Counted from the stretch's first letter, positions 1 to 9,385 are shown. The stretch is DNA of 64,000 nucleotides from an uncultured Verrucomicrobiae bacterium (GCA_963744965.1 CAVUVT010000010.1:202279-266278); one strand, 5' to 3'. Numbers and translations are program-made. Notes: generated by a model not told the origin, from the sequence alone.

Positions 1-1
1 T

Positions 2-1789
2 GATGGCCAGCTCTGCGAAACCGCCGAGGGCCGGACCATTCTGGAGGTCGCTCGCGCCAACAACATCGCCATTCCGACGCTGTGCTATCTCGAAGGTCTG
101 ACACCCTGGGGCGGCTGCCGCCTTTGCATCGTCGAAATCGAAGGCAGCCCCAAGATCGTGCCGGCCTGCACCACCCCGGCGGTCGCGGGCACCAAGGTCA
201 TCACCAAGAGCGAACGGCTCCACAACCTGCGCAAGGCCACCCTGGAACTCCTGTTCAGCGAACGCAATCACATCTGCCCCATGTGCCAGTACAACAAGGG
301 CGATTGCGGCCTGCAACACCAGGGTTACCTCCACGGCATTGACAGCATCCGTTACCCGTACCTGTATCCCGCGCTGCCGGTGGATGTGTCCGCCCAATAT
401 TTCGGCATGGACCACAACCGTTGTATTTTATGCACGCGCTGCGTCCGCACCTGCGATGAACTCGAAGGCGCGCATACGCTCGACGTGGCCTTCCGCGGCA
501 TCCGCAACCGGGTGATCGTGGACATGAACCAGACGTATGGCGAGTCGTCCACTTGCACTGCCTGCGGCGCCTGCGTGGCGAACTGCCCGACCGGCGCGCT
601 GTTCGACAAGGCGGCGGCCTTCCGCGGCCCATTGGCCAGTTGCCAGCAGGTGCTCACCACCTGCACCGAATGCCCCGTCGGCTGCGGCCTCAAGGTGTTC
701 ACCAGGGAAAACCGCATCGTGAACGTCTGGGGTGACCCGGATTCACCCGTCAATCGCGGCCATCTTTGCGTCAAGGGCCGTTACCAGACCTGGGCCGAAC
801 CGCGGGAACGCATTCTCACTCCCCTCGTGCGCAAAAACGGTGTGCTGCAAAAAGCCACCTGGGCCGAGGCGCTCGACACGATTCGCAAGGCCGCCAAGGC
901 TGCCAAAAAAACCGAGAAGGCGCTGCTGGTGCTGCCGCGCCTGACCAATGAGACGGCCAAAACCATCACCGGCCTCGCCGGCAAGGTTGACCGCGTGGGC
1001 ATGCACGTGGCCACCAATGAGGCCGCCCTGTGTGCCCAGCCCGAGTACACGGCCGACGCACTGACTAAGTTGCAGGATGCCGACGCCATCATCATCATCG
1101 GCGCGCAACCCGCCCGCGACAACGGCGTGCTGGCCGCCCGCATCCGCACCACCGTCCGCAAACGCGGCGCCAAGCTGCTCATCTTCCACGCCCGCAAGAC
1201 CAACCTCGACCAGTTCGCGGATGTCCGTGCCAACATCGTCAGCCTGGAAAATAAACTCTGGAAACGGGTGGCGGCGACGCTGGCCAGCGTCAAACGCCCC
1301 GCCATCGTGTACGGGCCGAATGCCATGACGCCCATCGGCGTCACGGTGTTGGAACAGTTGATCAAAATTCTTGAAACCAACCGGGGCGGGCAGGGACCGT
1401 TGCTCATCGCCCTCCCGGCCGGCAGCAACAGCCTCGCGCTCGCCAGCGCCGGCCTCGAAGCCGTCGAGGAAGTTGGCCCGTGGCTGGACGCCAAACCGCT
1501 GAAGTTCCTGCACATCGTGGCCGGCGACGCATCGGACGGCGGCCTGCAGGTCATGGAAGAAACCGGGGTCCCCGCCTCGTTGCCAAAAATTGACTGTGTG
1601 GTGGTGCAGGCGGCTTACCCGTCGCATTTGACCGCCGCGGCGAAGGTGGTATTGCCCGCCGCCATCTGGTGCGAGAAATCCGGCACGATTACGAACTTTG
1701 AAGGCCGCCGGTTGACTTTGACTCCAGTGCTGCCGTTGAACGGAGAAGCCCGCGAAGACGCGGCGATTTTGGAGAGTGTGTTCGCATGA
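2..1789 (+). CDS. hoxU: HoxU/NuoG-like Fe-S diaphorase subunit of a soluble [NiFe]-hydrogenase (2Fe-2S and 4Fe-4S modules fused to a truncated molybdopterin-oxidoreductase-like domain); 5' end cut by window edge
   Basis: Frame 2 is open from base 2 (DGQLCETAEGRTILEVARANNIAIPTLCYLEGL..GGCRLCIVEI, the 2Fe-2S ferredoxin module of NuoG/HoxU). Cluster motifs HICPMCQYNKGDC, CILCTRCVRTC and CTACGACVANCP follow. Then CTECPVGCGLKV..HLCVKGRY (Mo-bisPGD-family 4Fe-4S) and a C-terminal GTITNFEGRR..GEAREDAAIL as in NuoG/FdhA. ATGA overlap with the next gene. Confidence 0.75.
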   Translation, partial: DGQLCETAEGRTILEVARANNIAIPTLCYLEGLTPWGGCRLCIVEIEGSPKIVPACTTPAVAGTKVITKSERLHNLRKATLELLFSERNHICPMCQYNKGDCGLQHQGYLHGIDSIRYPYLYPALPVDVSAQYFGMDHNRCILCTRCVRTCDELEGAHTLDVAFRGIRNRVIVDMNQTYGESSTCTACGACVANCPTGALFDKAAAFRGPLASCQQVLTTCTECPVGCGLKVFTRENRIVNVWGDPDSPVNRGHLCVKGRYQTWAEPRERILTPLVRKNGVLQKATWAEALDTIRKAAKAAKKTEKALLVLPRLTNETAKTITGLAGKVDRVGMHVATNEAALCAQPEYTADALTKLQDADAIIIIGAQPARDNGVLAARIRTTVRKRGAKLLIFHARKTNLDQFADVRANIVSLENKLWKRVAATLASVKRPAIVYGPNAMTPIGVTVLEQLIKILETNRGGQGPLLIALPAGSNSLALASAGLEAVEEVGPWLDAKPLKFLHIVAGDASDGGLQVMEETGVPASLPKIDCVVVQAAYPSHLTAAAKVVLPAAIWCEKSGTITNFEGRRLTLTPVLPLNGEAREDAAILESVFA

Positions 1790-2379
1790 AGAAGATCACC
1801 GTCAAAAAACCGGCGAAGAAACCCGCTGTCGCGACGCCCGCGCCCGCCAAGGTGCGCGTGGCCACCATGTGGTTGAGCGGCTGCTCCGGCTGCCACATGT
1901 CGTTCCTCGACCTCGACGAACGCCTCGTGGAGCTGGTCAAGCTCGTGGACATTCTCCATAGCCCCATCGTGGATACGAAGGACATCCCGGAAGTGGATGT
2001 CGGCATCGTCGAGGGTTGCGTCAACAACAACGAGCAGGAACACGAGTTGAAAAAACTCCGCTCGCGCTGCAAGGTGCTGATCGCGCTCGGCGATTGCGCC
2101 GTCACCGGCAACATCCCCGGCCTGCGCAACCAGTTCGCTTTGAAAGACTGCCTGTTGCGCGCCTACGAACAGACCGAGAGCACCAAGATCAGTTGCATCC
2201 CCAACGACCCCGTCGTGCCGGTGCTGAACGCCAAGGCCCGCCCGCTTCAGGAATTCGTGAAGGTGGACCTTTCCATCCCCGGCTGCCCGCCGGACGCGGA
2301 CACCATCTGGTACGCGCTGACGGAATTGCTGGCCGGCCGCATGCCGCAGTGGACGGAAAAGAATTTAAGGTACGACTGA
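1786..2379 (+). CDS. hoxY: [NiFe]-hydrogenase small subunit, soluble/bidirectional (group 3) type
   Basis: 197 aa. Cys motifs [31 protein letters not shown] and IPGCPP of the NuoB-like proximal-cluster subunit. No Tat signal. Start overlaps the upstream stop (ATGA) and there is a 1-nt gap to hoxH. Confidence 0.85.
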   Translation: MKKITVKKPAKKPAVATPAPAKVRVATMWLSGCSGCHMSFLDLDERLVELVKLVDILHSPIVDTKDIPEVDVGIVEGCVNNNEQEHELKKLRSRCKVLIALGDCAVTGNIPGLRNQFALKDCLLRAYEQTESTKISCIPNDPVVPVLNAKARPLQEFVKVDLSIPGCPPDADTIWYALTELLAGRMPQWTEKNLRYD

Positions 2380-2380
2380 C

Positions 2381-3814
2381 ATGACAACCAAGACCATCAC
2401 CATCAGCCCCGTCACCCGCATCGAGGGGCACGCCAAGATCACCATCCATCTCGACAGCCGGGGGGAGGTGGACGACGCGCGTTTCCACGTCGTGGAGTTC
2501 CGCGGTTTTGAAAAGTTCTGCGAAGGCCGGCATTTCACCGAGATGCCGCAAATCACCCCGCGTACCTGTGGCATCTGCCCGGTCAGCCATCTCCTCGCCA
2601 GCGCCAAAGCCTGCGACGCCATCATCGGCCATGAAATTCCACGTCCGGCCAAAATGCTGCGCGAACTGATGCACATGGGGCAGATCATCCAGTCCCACGC
2701 GCTCAGCTTTTTCCATCTCAGCGCGCCCGACCTGCTGCTCGGGTTCGACTCCGACCCCGCCGCCCGCAACATCGTCGGTCTCATCCAGCAGAAGCCCGAC
2801 ATTGCCATCAAGGGCGTGCGGCTGCGCAAGTTCGGCCAGGAACTCATCAAGCTGGTCGGCGGCCGGAAGATTCACGCGGATTTTTCGGTGCCCGGCGGCG
2901 TGAACAAGACGCTCACCGTTGTCCAGCGCGACGAAATTCTCAAGGGCCTGCCCGAGGCGTTTGGACACGCGAAGTTCGCGCTCGATTTGCTCAAGGGCTA
3001 CCACAAGGCCAACCTCGCGGAGGTCGAAGACTTCGCCAACTTCGATTCCAACTACATGGGCCTCGTCCAACCGGACGGAGCGCTGGAATTGTACGACGGC
3101 AGGCTGCGGTTCTGCGACGCCACCGGCAAAATGTTCCATGACCAGATTTCGCCGGACAAATACCTCGATTACATCAGCGAGGCGGTAGAGCCGTGGTCGT
3201 ACATGAAGTTCCCGTTCATTTCCAAGCTCGGTTATCCGAACGGCATGTACCGCGTGGGGCCGCTCGCGCGCCTGAACGTCTGTAGCCACATCGCCACGCC
3301 GCTGGCCGACGCCGAATTGAAAGTCTGGCGCGCCAAACGGCCGGTGCAGACCAGTTCGTTCTACTATCACTGGGCGCGTCTCATCGAGGCGCTGTACGGA
3401 CTCGAACGCGCGCAGCAGTTGCTGACCGACCCGGAAATCATCAGCACCGACGTGCTAGTGCCGAACCAGCCGACCCGCCGGGAAGGCGTGGGCGTAGTTG
3501 AAGCGCCGCGCGGCACGCTGATCCATCATTATTGGGTGGATGAAAACGGCCGCATCGAGAAGGCCAATTTAATTGTCGCCACCGGCCACAACAACCTGGC
3601 GATGAACCGCGGCGTGCAGGCGCTCGCGAAAAAATACGTCAAGGCGAAGAAATTGCAGGAAGGCATGCTCAACCGCGTCGAGGCGGTCATCCGCTGCTAC
3701 GACCCCTGCCTGAGTTGCGCCACCCACGCCGTCGGCCAGATGCCGATGCACGTCGAACTGGTGGACGCCGGCGGCCAGGTGTTGCAAACGCTACAGCGCG
3801 ACAGCACAATCTGA
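2381..3814 (+). CDS. hoxH: [NiFe]-hydrogenase large (catalytic) subunit, soluble/bidirectional type
   Basis: 477 aa. N-terminal [15 protein letters not shown] (first Ni-binding CxxC) and C-terminal DPCLSCATH (second CxxC-x2-H) signatures. Confidence 0.92.
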   Translation: MTTKTITISPVTRIEGHAKITIHLDSRGEVDDARFHVVEFRGFEKFCEGRHFTEMPQITPRTCGICPVSHLLASAKACDAIIGHEIPRPAKMLRELMHMGQIIQSHALSFFHLSAPDLLLGFDSDPAARNIVGLIQQKPDIAIKGVRLRKFGQELIKLVGGRKIHADFSVPGGVNKTLTVVQRDEILKGLPEAFGHAKFALDLLKGYHKANLAEVEDFANFDSNYMGLVQPDGALELYDGRLRFCDATGKMFHDQISPDKYLDYISEAVEPWSYMKFPFISKLGYPNGMYRVGPLARLNVCSHIATPLADAELKVWRAKRPVQTSSFYYHWARLIEALYGLERAQQLLTDPEIISTDVLVPNQPTRREGVGVVEAPRGTLIHHYWVDENGRIEKANLIVATGHNNLAMNRGVQALAKKYVKAKKLQEGMLNRVEAVIRCYDPCLSCATHAVGQMPMHVELVDAGGQVLQTLQRDSTI

Positions 3815-3820
3815 CGGGGT

Positions 3821-3887
3821 AATGGAGTGGTGGAGTATTGGAGTACTGAGTTTTCAGCACTCCATCACTCCAGTACTCCAACACTCC
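3821..3887. repeat. Inverted array of short GGAGT-containing units (three direct units, short spacer, four complementary ACTCC units)
   Basis: aatGGAGTggtGGAGTattGGAGTactgag-ttttc-agcACTCCatcACTCCagtACTCCaacACTCC lies between the hoxH stop and the hoxW start. It is read in the ORF track as WSIGVL../..ITPVLQHS pseudo-peptides. Confidence 0.6.
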
Positions 3888-3894
3888 GTTTCTT

Positions 3895-4338
3895 GTGAAC
3901 ACCCTCATCATCGGCTACGGCAACCAGAGCCGCCGCGACGACGGCGTCGCCTGGTTCGTTATCGAACAACTGGCCGCGCTGAATCTTCCCAACGTGGAAC
4001 TGGAAACCGGCCAGCAGCTTGAGATCGAATCTGCGGAAACCATCAGCCGGTTCGATACTGTTATCTTCGTGGATGCTGCGATTCCTGAAGCGCCGGAACC
4101 AATCCGGCGCGACATCGTAACCCCGAACTTCCAAAGCCATGCTGTTGCTCATTATCTGACGCCGGCGGACGTTCTGTCGTTGTGCAAAACGCTCTACCAG
4201 CGGGAACCGCGTGCCGTCCTGTTCAGCATCCGCGGTCGCGACTTCAATTTCGGCACCACCCTCTCACCGGAAGTCGAACAAGCCGCTCGCGAAGTGGTGA
4301 AGCAAATTGTCGGGCTGATCCACAGCGGGGAACTTTAA
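3895..4338 (+). CDS. hoxW: Hydrogenase maturation endopeptidase (HoxW/HycI family)
   Basis: 147 aa with a GTG start. LIIGYGNQSRRDDGVAW matches the GxGNxxxxDDG motif of large-subunit C-terminal processing proteases. Position is directly after hoxH. Confidence 0.8.
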   Translation: MNTLIIGYGNQSRRDDGVAWFVIEQLAALNLPNVELETGQQLEIESAETISRFDTVIFVDAAIPEAPEPIRRDIVTPNFQSHAVAHYLTPADVLSLCKTLYQREPRAVLFSIRGRDFNFGTTLSPEVEQAAREVVKQIVGLIHSGEL

Positions 4339-4523
4339 CCGAACTCCGAAGTTGAATTACTGTGTTGGCGGAGTGTGGCCGTGCGGCTGCAGCCAGGTGC
4401 GGCGGGCTGACGGTTGGAAAATGTTTCGCGGCTAGAACGAAGCCGGTTGCTGCGCCCGAGGACCGATGCACTCCGACATGGCCTCGTTCGCCCCGCCGCC
4501 ACCGGTACAACTTCGGGGTTCGG
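4339..4523. repeat. 185-bp non-coding element bounded by 16-bp inverted repeats (MITE/REP-like)
   Basis: ccgaactccgaagttg (4339-4354) and caacttcggggttcgg (4508-4523) are reverse complements with one mismatch. The element begins directly after the hoxW stop codon. Confidence 0.4.
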
Positions 4524-4551
4524 GTTCGGTCAATTCGCGGATCGGGTTTTA

Positions 4552-4944
4552 TTACTGCAGTATGTGAGGCGGATCAACCGTGGTGCTGAGGGTGCAAGTG
4601 ATCTGAGGAATGGCGCCCACTGTGTTCATGATGTAGGAGCCGCCCGCCGGACAACTGGGAATGCTGCTGCTGGAGTTTAGCCTGAGATAAGGCGTCAGAT
4701 CAGAAGTCAAGCTGGGAGCAGGGTCCCCCGTCTTTTTCCCTTTTTCCAGCGCCCATTCAGTGACTGCACCATCAATCTGATGCATGTTGTTAATGCAAGC
4801 ATTCGCTTGTGATGTTGAGCGGGCCTTCACGAGGTTGGGGATGGCAATCGCCGCCAACAGGCCGATTATGGCCACCACAATCATGATTTCCACGAGTGTG
4901 AAGGCCGCCGAACCCAAGGCTTTAGTTGTCCTTTTCGCCAGCAT
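4552..4944 (-). CDS. Prepilin-type N-terminal cleavage/methylation domain protein (type II secretion / type IV pilin-like pseudopilin)
   Basis: 130 aa. GSAAFTLVEIMIVVAIIGLLAAIAIP is the canonical G/FTLxE prepilin leader plus hydrophobic helix. The DNA is visibly more AT-rich than the flanks. Confidence 0.8.
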   Translation of the reverse strand: MLAKRTTKALGSAAFTLVEIMIVVAIIGLLAAIAIPNLVKARSTSQANACINNMHQIDGAVTEWALEKGKKTGDPAPSLTSDLTPYLRLNSSSSIPSCPAGGSYIMNTVGAIPQITCTLSTTVDPPHILQ

Positions 4945-4991
4945 AATGGTGTAAACCAGCAGCGATCATGCCAGAATCCGGTAACGGTACA

Positions 4992-5348
4992 CTAGATTGT
5001 GCAAGGGTCAGACTTTGAGACAGTATCAATCAATTCCTGCACCGTCCAAGCGTGGTCTGTGAGCCTTGCGGCCTGTGCTGGCGTCTGTTTGGTCGTGGTG
5101 TGCTTCCAGCACCAGTTCCAGTAACAAACGAACAGGGCAACGGAATGGCGCAAATTTGACAGCTTTTTGCTGTAACCCAAGGTCAACCGTGTGAACCGGC
5201 GATTGAAAAGCCGGATGTTCAGGTTTTGCCGCTCAATGTGGCTGGTGCAAATCTTGTCAATATCGGGCTTGCCGAGCATTGGCGTTTTCTTGGCGAAGAT
5301 GCAAACCAGCGGGCGATATTGGCGTTCGGGAAGGCTGTTCCCCGCCAT
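4992..5348 (-). mobile_element. IS1-family transposase remnant (C-terminal part only)
   Basis: TSHIERQNLNIRLFNRRFTRLTLGYSKKLSNLRHSVALFVCYWNW parallels the InsB C-terminus ([26 protein letters not shown]..). The catalytic N-terminal part is missing: an in-frame stop lies at 5349-5351 and tatT starts at 5518. Confidence 0.7.
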
Positions 5349-5517
5349 TCAGGCTTCAGTCTCTTGGGTCCAGCGTTCTGGTTTCAGCCGGAGTTCTTCG
5401 GAGGATGAAATTCCATGGCGATGCGGCTTGCGATTGAATCCCTGCTTCGCCGATAATAACATAATTCTGAAAGGCGGCTGAACCGTCTGGAAGATCAAGA
5501 AATGGGAAAGATGCGAC

Positions 5518-6471
5518 TTGATGGTTGAGAGAATTCTGGTGCGAAGGGCCCTGCTTTCACAGGTGATTCCTGGCTGCCTGCTGCTGGCGTGGTTCGCCGG
5601 CAGCGGCTGCTCCATTCATCGCTATGCGCTCAACAAGGCGTCCGATGCCGTGGCCCAAAGCGGCGACACTTACGCCAGTGATGATGATCCCGATCTCATC
5701 AAGGCCGCGGCGCCGTTCGGCCTGAAGCTCACGGAGAGTCTGCTGGCGGAGAACCCGCAGCATCTGGGTCTGCTGACTTCGGCGGCCAGCGGATTTACCG
5801 AGTATTCCTACGCCTTCGTGCAGGAGGAGGCCGACGAAGTGGAGCCGCATGATTTTGCCGCCGCCGAGGCGATGCGGTCGCGGGCACGGCATCTCTACCT
5901 GCGCGCCCAGCGATACGGCATGCGCGGGCTGGAAGTGAAGCACCCCGGCTTCGGGAAGGCTTTGCTGGCCAATCCCAAGGCGACCGTCCGCACCGCCACG
6001 AAACCGGATGTGCCGTTGCTCTATTGGACGGCGGCCGCGTGGGCTTCGGCAATTTCCATTTCCAAAGACAATCCCGAACTGGTTGGACAGATTCCGGCCA
6101 TGCAAGCATTGATGGATCGGGCGCTGGAATTGGATGAGAGTTTCGACGATGGCGCGATTCACACCTTCATGATCACTTACGAGATGAGCCGTTCGGGCGC
6201 GACCGGCGATCCGGCGGCGCGCGCCCGCAAACATTTCGAACGCGCCATGGTCCTGTCCAAGGGAACCGACGCCTCGCCACTGGTCGCTTTGGCGGAGGCG
6301 GTGACCATTCAAAAACAGGATGTGAAGGAATTTGAATCACTGCTGCACCAGGCATTGGCCATCAATCCTGACGCCAATCCGGACATCCGGCTGCGGAATG
6401 CTGTGATGCAGCGCCGGGCGTGCTGGCTCCTGTCACGCCAGTCAGAATTATTTTTGGACGAATCAAAATGA
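5518..6471 (+). CDS. TRAP-transporter-associated TPR lipoprotein (TatT family)
   Basis: 317 aa. Lipobox-like LAWFAGSGCS. Helical-repeat sequence resembling T. pallidum TatT. Stop overlaps the DctP start (ATGA), so the context is a TPAT-type TRAP operon. Confidence 0.7.
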   Translation: MMVERILVRRALLSQVIPGCLLLAWFAGSGCSIHRYALNKASDAVAQSGDTYASDDDPDLIKAAAPFGLKLTESLLAENPQHLGLLTSAASGFTEYSYAFVQEEADEVEPHDFAAAEAMRSRARHLYLRAQRYGMRGLEVKHPGFGKALLANPKATVRTATKPDVPLLYWTAAAWASAISISKDNPELVGQIPAMQALMDRALELDESFDDGAIHTFMITYEMSRSGATGDPAARARKHFERAMVLSKGTDASPLVALAEAVTIQKQDVKEFESLLHQALAINPDANPDIRLRNAVMQRRACWLLSRQSELFLDESK

Positions 6472-7505
6472 ATATGAAACGATTTGCAAAATTCGCATCA
6501 GCGGCACTGGTTCTGGGGTTCCTCATTCCGGTTTACCGCGCAGCGGGCGCCGAACCGGTGAAGGTGCGGATGGGGACGCTGGCGCCGAAAGGATCGTCCT
6601 ACACCAAACATCTTCAAGCCATGGGCGAACAATGGCGCTCGGCGCCGGGCGGCGGGGTGCAGTTGACGATTTACGCTGATGGCACCATGGGCAGCGAAGC
6701 CGACATGGTGCGCCGCATGCGCCTGGGCCAGTTGCAGGCCGCGCTGGTGACCACCACGGGTTTGACGGAGATCGAGCCGGCGGTGGCCGGGCTGCAAACC
6801 ATCCCCAAGGCCTTTCGCACGCTCGAGGAGGTGGATTACATCGGCGAGAAATTGCAGCCCATGCTCGAAAAACGCCTGGAGGCAAAAGGCTTCGTCGTGC
6901 TCTTCTGGACCGACACCGGCTTCGTCCGTTTCTTTTCCAAGCAACCGATGATAACGCCCGATGATCTTCGGAAGACCAAGCTGTTCATCTCCGCCAACCG
7001 TCACGCCGAACTGGAGATTTATCATTCGGTCGGCTGCAATGCCGTACCGCTGGAAGTCGCCGACATCCTGCCCGGCCTCCAGACGGGATTGATTGATTGC
7101 CTGTGCCTGCCGCCGACGTTTGCCCTGGCCACTCAAGTTGACTCGGCCGCCCCCAACATGCTCGACATGAACTGGGCGCCGCTCGTCGGCGCCGCCATCA
7201 TCAACAAAAAAACCTGGGACAGCCTTTCGCCCGAGGCCCAGGAAGCCCTGCGCCAATCAGCCCGGGAAGCCGGCAAACTCATCAAGGCCGATGGCCGGCG
7301 CGAAAACGTGGAATCCATCGAGGCAATGCGCAAACGCGGACTGAAAATCCACACACTTACACCGGAAATCAATGCCGAATGGGATCAGGTCGTCGAACAG
7401 GCCTGGCCCCAAATCCGCGGGACAGTCGTTCCCGCCGACATTTTCGACGAGGTCATGAGCCAGTTGAAAACCTATCGTGCCGCGCGAGAAGGAGCCGGAA
7501 AGTGA
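6468..7505 (+). CDS. TRAP transporter substrate-binding protein (DctP family)
   Basis: Signal peptide MNMKRFAKFASAALVLGFLIPVYRAAGA. The DctP-like core reads VKVRMGTLAPKGSSY..GSEADMVRRMRLGQLQAA. I chose the ATG at 6468, which overlaps the tatT stop, over the 6420 start in the ORF track. Confidence 0.85.
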   Translation: MNMKRFAKFASAALVLGFLIPVYRAAGAEPVKVRMGTLAPKGSSYTKHLQAMGEQWRSAPGGGVQLTIYADGTMGSEADMVRRMRLGQLQAALVTTTGLTEIEPAVAGLQTIPKAFRTLEEVDYIGEKLQPMLEKRLEAKGFVVLFWTDTGFVRFFSKQPMITPDDLRKTKLFISANRHAELEIYHSVGCNAVPLEVADILPGLQTGLIDCLCLPPTFALATQVDSAAPNMLDMNWAPLVGAAIINKKTWDSLSPEAQEALRQSAREAGKLIKADGRRENVESIEAMRKRGLKIHTLTPEINAEWDQVVEQAWPQIRGTVVPADIFDEVMSQLKTYRAAREGAGK

Positions 7506-9385
7506 CCAGCGAATCGTCTCCTGCCGTTTCCCATCCGGACAAACCCGCCCGCGGGCCGGGCGGCCGCTTCCGCTGGCTTTGGCAGGCGGAGAATCTTTTG
7601 GTCGCGCTGGCCCTGGCCGCGCTGATGCTGCTGCCCCTCATCGAAATTGTCGGGCGCAAATGCTTCCATGGCGGCCTCAATGGCGGAGCGGCACTGCAAC
7701 AGCATCTGGTTTTGATCATCGGCCTGCTGGGCGGCATGTTTGCCGCGCGCGACCGCCGGCTGCTCAACCTCTCCACCCTGACCAATTTTCTCACCGGCCG
7801 CTGGCAGACGTTCGCCCGCGTCTTCAGCAGCGCCTTTGCCTCGGGCATCACCGTTTTTCTCTGCCTGGCTGCCCTGCAACTGGTGCAATCGGAAAAAGCC
7901 GGTGGTAAAATTCTGGCCTACGGGATTCCGATTTGGGTCGTTCAAGGCATCATGCCGGTGGGCTTTGGCGTCATTGCGCTGCGCCTGCTGTGGCACGGGG
8001 CGGATACCTGGCGTGGACGGTTGGTCGCGTTGCTGGTGGCCGGAGGCATGATTTGGATCGGGTTTTATCCGCCACTGGTGCCCGCCCGGCTGGTGGTGCC
8101 CGGCCTGGTGGCCTTGCTGGCGGCGGTGGTGCTGGGCGCGCCCATCTTTGTCATGCTCGGCGGCGCGGCCCTGATTTTATTTTGGGGCGAAGACACGCCC
8201 ATCGCCTCGATTTCGTTGACGCACTATTCAATGGTGACCAACCCCACGCTGCCGACGCTCCCGCTGTTCACGCTGGCCGGCTATTTTCTCGCTGAAGGCG
8301 GCGCCTCCAAACGGTTGATCCGGGTTTTTCAGGCGTTGTTGGGGCAATTCCGCGGCGGTCCGGCCATCGTCACCGTCCTGGCGTGCGCGTTTTTCTCCTC
8401 CTTCACCGGCGCATCGGGCGTGACCATTCTCGCGCTCGGCGGACTGCTCCTGCCGGTGCTGATGGGCGCGGGTTATTCCGAACGTTCCACCTTGGGAATG
8501 CTCACCGGCTCAGGCGGCCTGGGGCTGCTGTTCCCGCCGTCGCTCCCGCTGATTCTTTTCGCCATCGTCGCCAGTTCCAACGCCACCGGCGCCGGTGTGA
8601 CCATCGAAAAAATGTTTCTCGCCGGCCTTGGGCCCGGCGTGCTGCTGGTGGGCATGGCCATCTGGCTGGGCATGCGCCTGGGACCCAAAAACATCGGCAG
8701 CCACCGCGCATTCGACCGGGGCGAGGCGGGACGCGCTCTCTGGGCGGCCAAGTGGGAATTGCTCCTGCCCATCGTCGCGCTGGTCGCGCTCTTTGGCGGA
8801 TTCGCCACGCCAGTGGAAGCGGCGGCCGTCACCGCCTTTTATGCGTTTGTCATCGAGACTTTTTTTTATCGCGACTTCAAAGGGCCACGGGAAATTTCGC
8901 GCGTCATGGCCGAGTGCGGGCTGCTGGTGGGCGGCGTGCTGCTCATTCTGGGCGTGGCCCTGGGATTCACCAATTACCTGATTGACGCTGAGATTCCCAG
9001 CCGCGCAGTGGAATGGGTCACGGGGACGGTGCATTCGAAGTATGCCTTCCTCCTGGCGCTGAATCTGTGTCTGCTGGTGGTGGGCTGCGTGATGGACATG
9101 TATTCCGCGATCGTGGTGGTGGTGCCCATCATCGTGCCGCTGGGAATCGCGTACGGCATAGACCCCATTCACCTGGGAATCATTTTCCTGGCCAACATGG
9201 AACTGGGGCTGTTGACCCCGACCGCCGGCATCAACATCTTTCTTTCGTCCTATCGTTTCGGGAAACCGGTCCTGCAAGTTTCGCGCGCCGTCCTCCCGAT
9301 GCAATGCGTCCTCCTCATCGGCCTGCTGTTGATCACTTATTTTCCCGCCTTGACCACGTTCCTGCCGCACTGGTTGGGACGATGA
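7502..9385 (+). CDS. TRAP transporter fused small/large permease (DctQ-DctM)
   Basis: Highly hydrophobic, about 627 aa, with many predicted TM helices. The GTG at 7502 overlaps the dctP stop (GTGA). Residues upstream of it in the ORF track are Arg-rich and overlap dctP. Confidence 0.85.
   Translation: MTSESSPAVSHPDKPARGPGGRFRWLWQAENLLVALALAALMLLPLIEIVGRKCFHGGLNGGAALQQHLVLIIGLLGGMFAARDRRLLNLSTLTNFLTGRWQTFARVFSSAFASGITVFLCLAALQLVQSEKAGGKILAYGIPIWVVQGIMPVGFGVIALRLLWHGADTWRGRLVALLVAGGMIWIGFYPPLVPARLVVPGLVALLAAVVLGAPIFVMLGGAALILFWGEDTPIASISLTHYSMVTNPTLPTLPLFTLAGYFLAEGGASKRLIRVFQALLGQFRGGPAIVTVLACAFFSSFTGASGVTILALGGLLLPVLMGAGYSERSTLGMLTGSGGLGLLFPPSLPLILFAIVASSNATGAGVTIEKMFLAGLGPGVLLVGMAIWLGMRLGPKNIGSHRAFDRGEAGRALWAAKWELLLPIVALVALFGGFATPVEAAAVTAFYAFVIETFFYRDFKGPREISRVMAECGLLVGGVLLILGVALGFTNYLIDAEIPSRAVEWVTGTVHSKYAFLLALNLCLLVVGCVMDMYSAIVVVVPIIVPLGIAYGIDPIHLGIIFLANMELGLLTPTAGINIFLSSYRFGKPVLQVSRAVLPMQCVLLIGLLLITYFPALTTFLPHWLGR

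Noticed and set aside
743-1627. Long antisense ORFs opposite well-supported genes (for example 743-1627 -, 2189-3370 -, 13340-14347 +, 14348-16657 +, 28454-29674 -, 36959-38344 -, 40445-41566 -, 42044-43081 -, 53301-54446 -, 61703-63220 +).
   Set aside because: They are fully overlapped by genes with strong family signatures. Their translations are Arg/Gly/His/Ala-rich low-information sequences typical of shadow ORFs in high-GC DNA, and I recognise no domain motifs in them.
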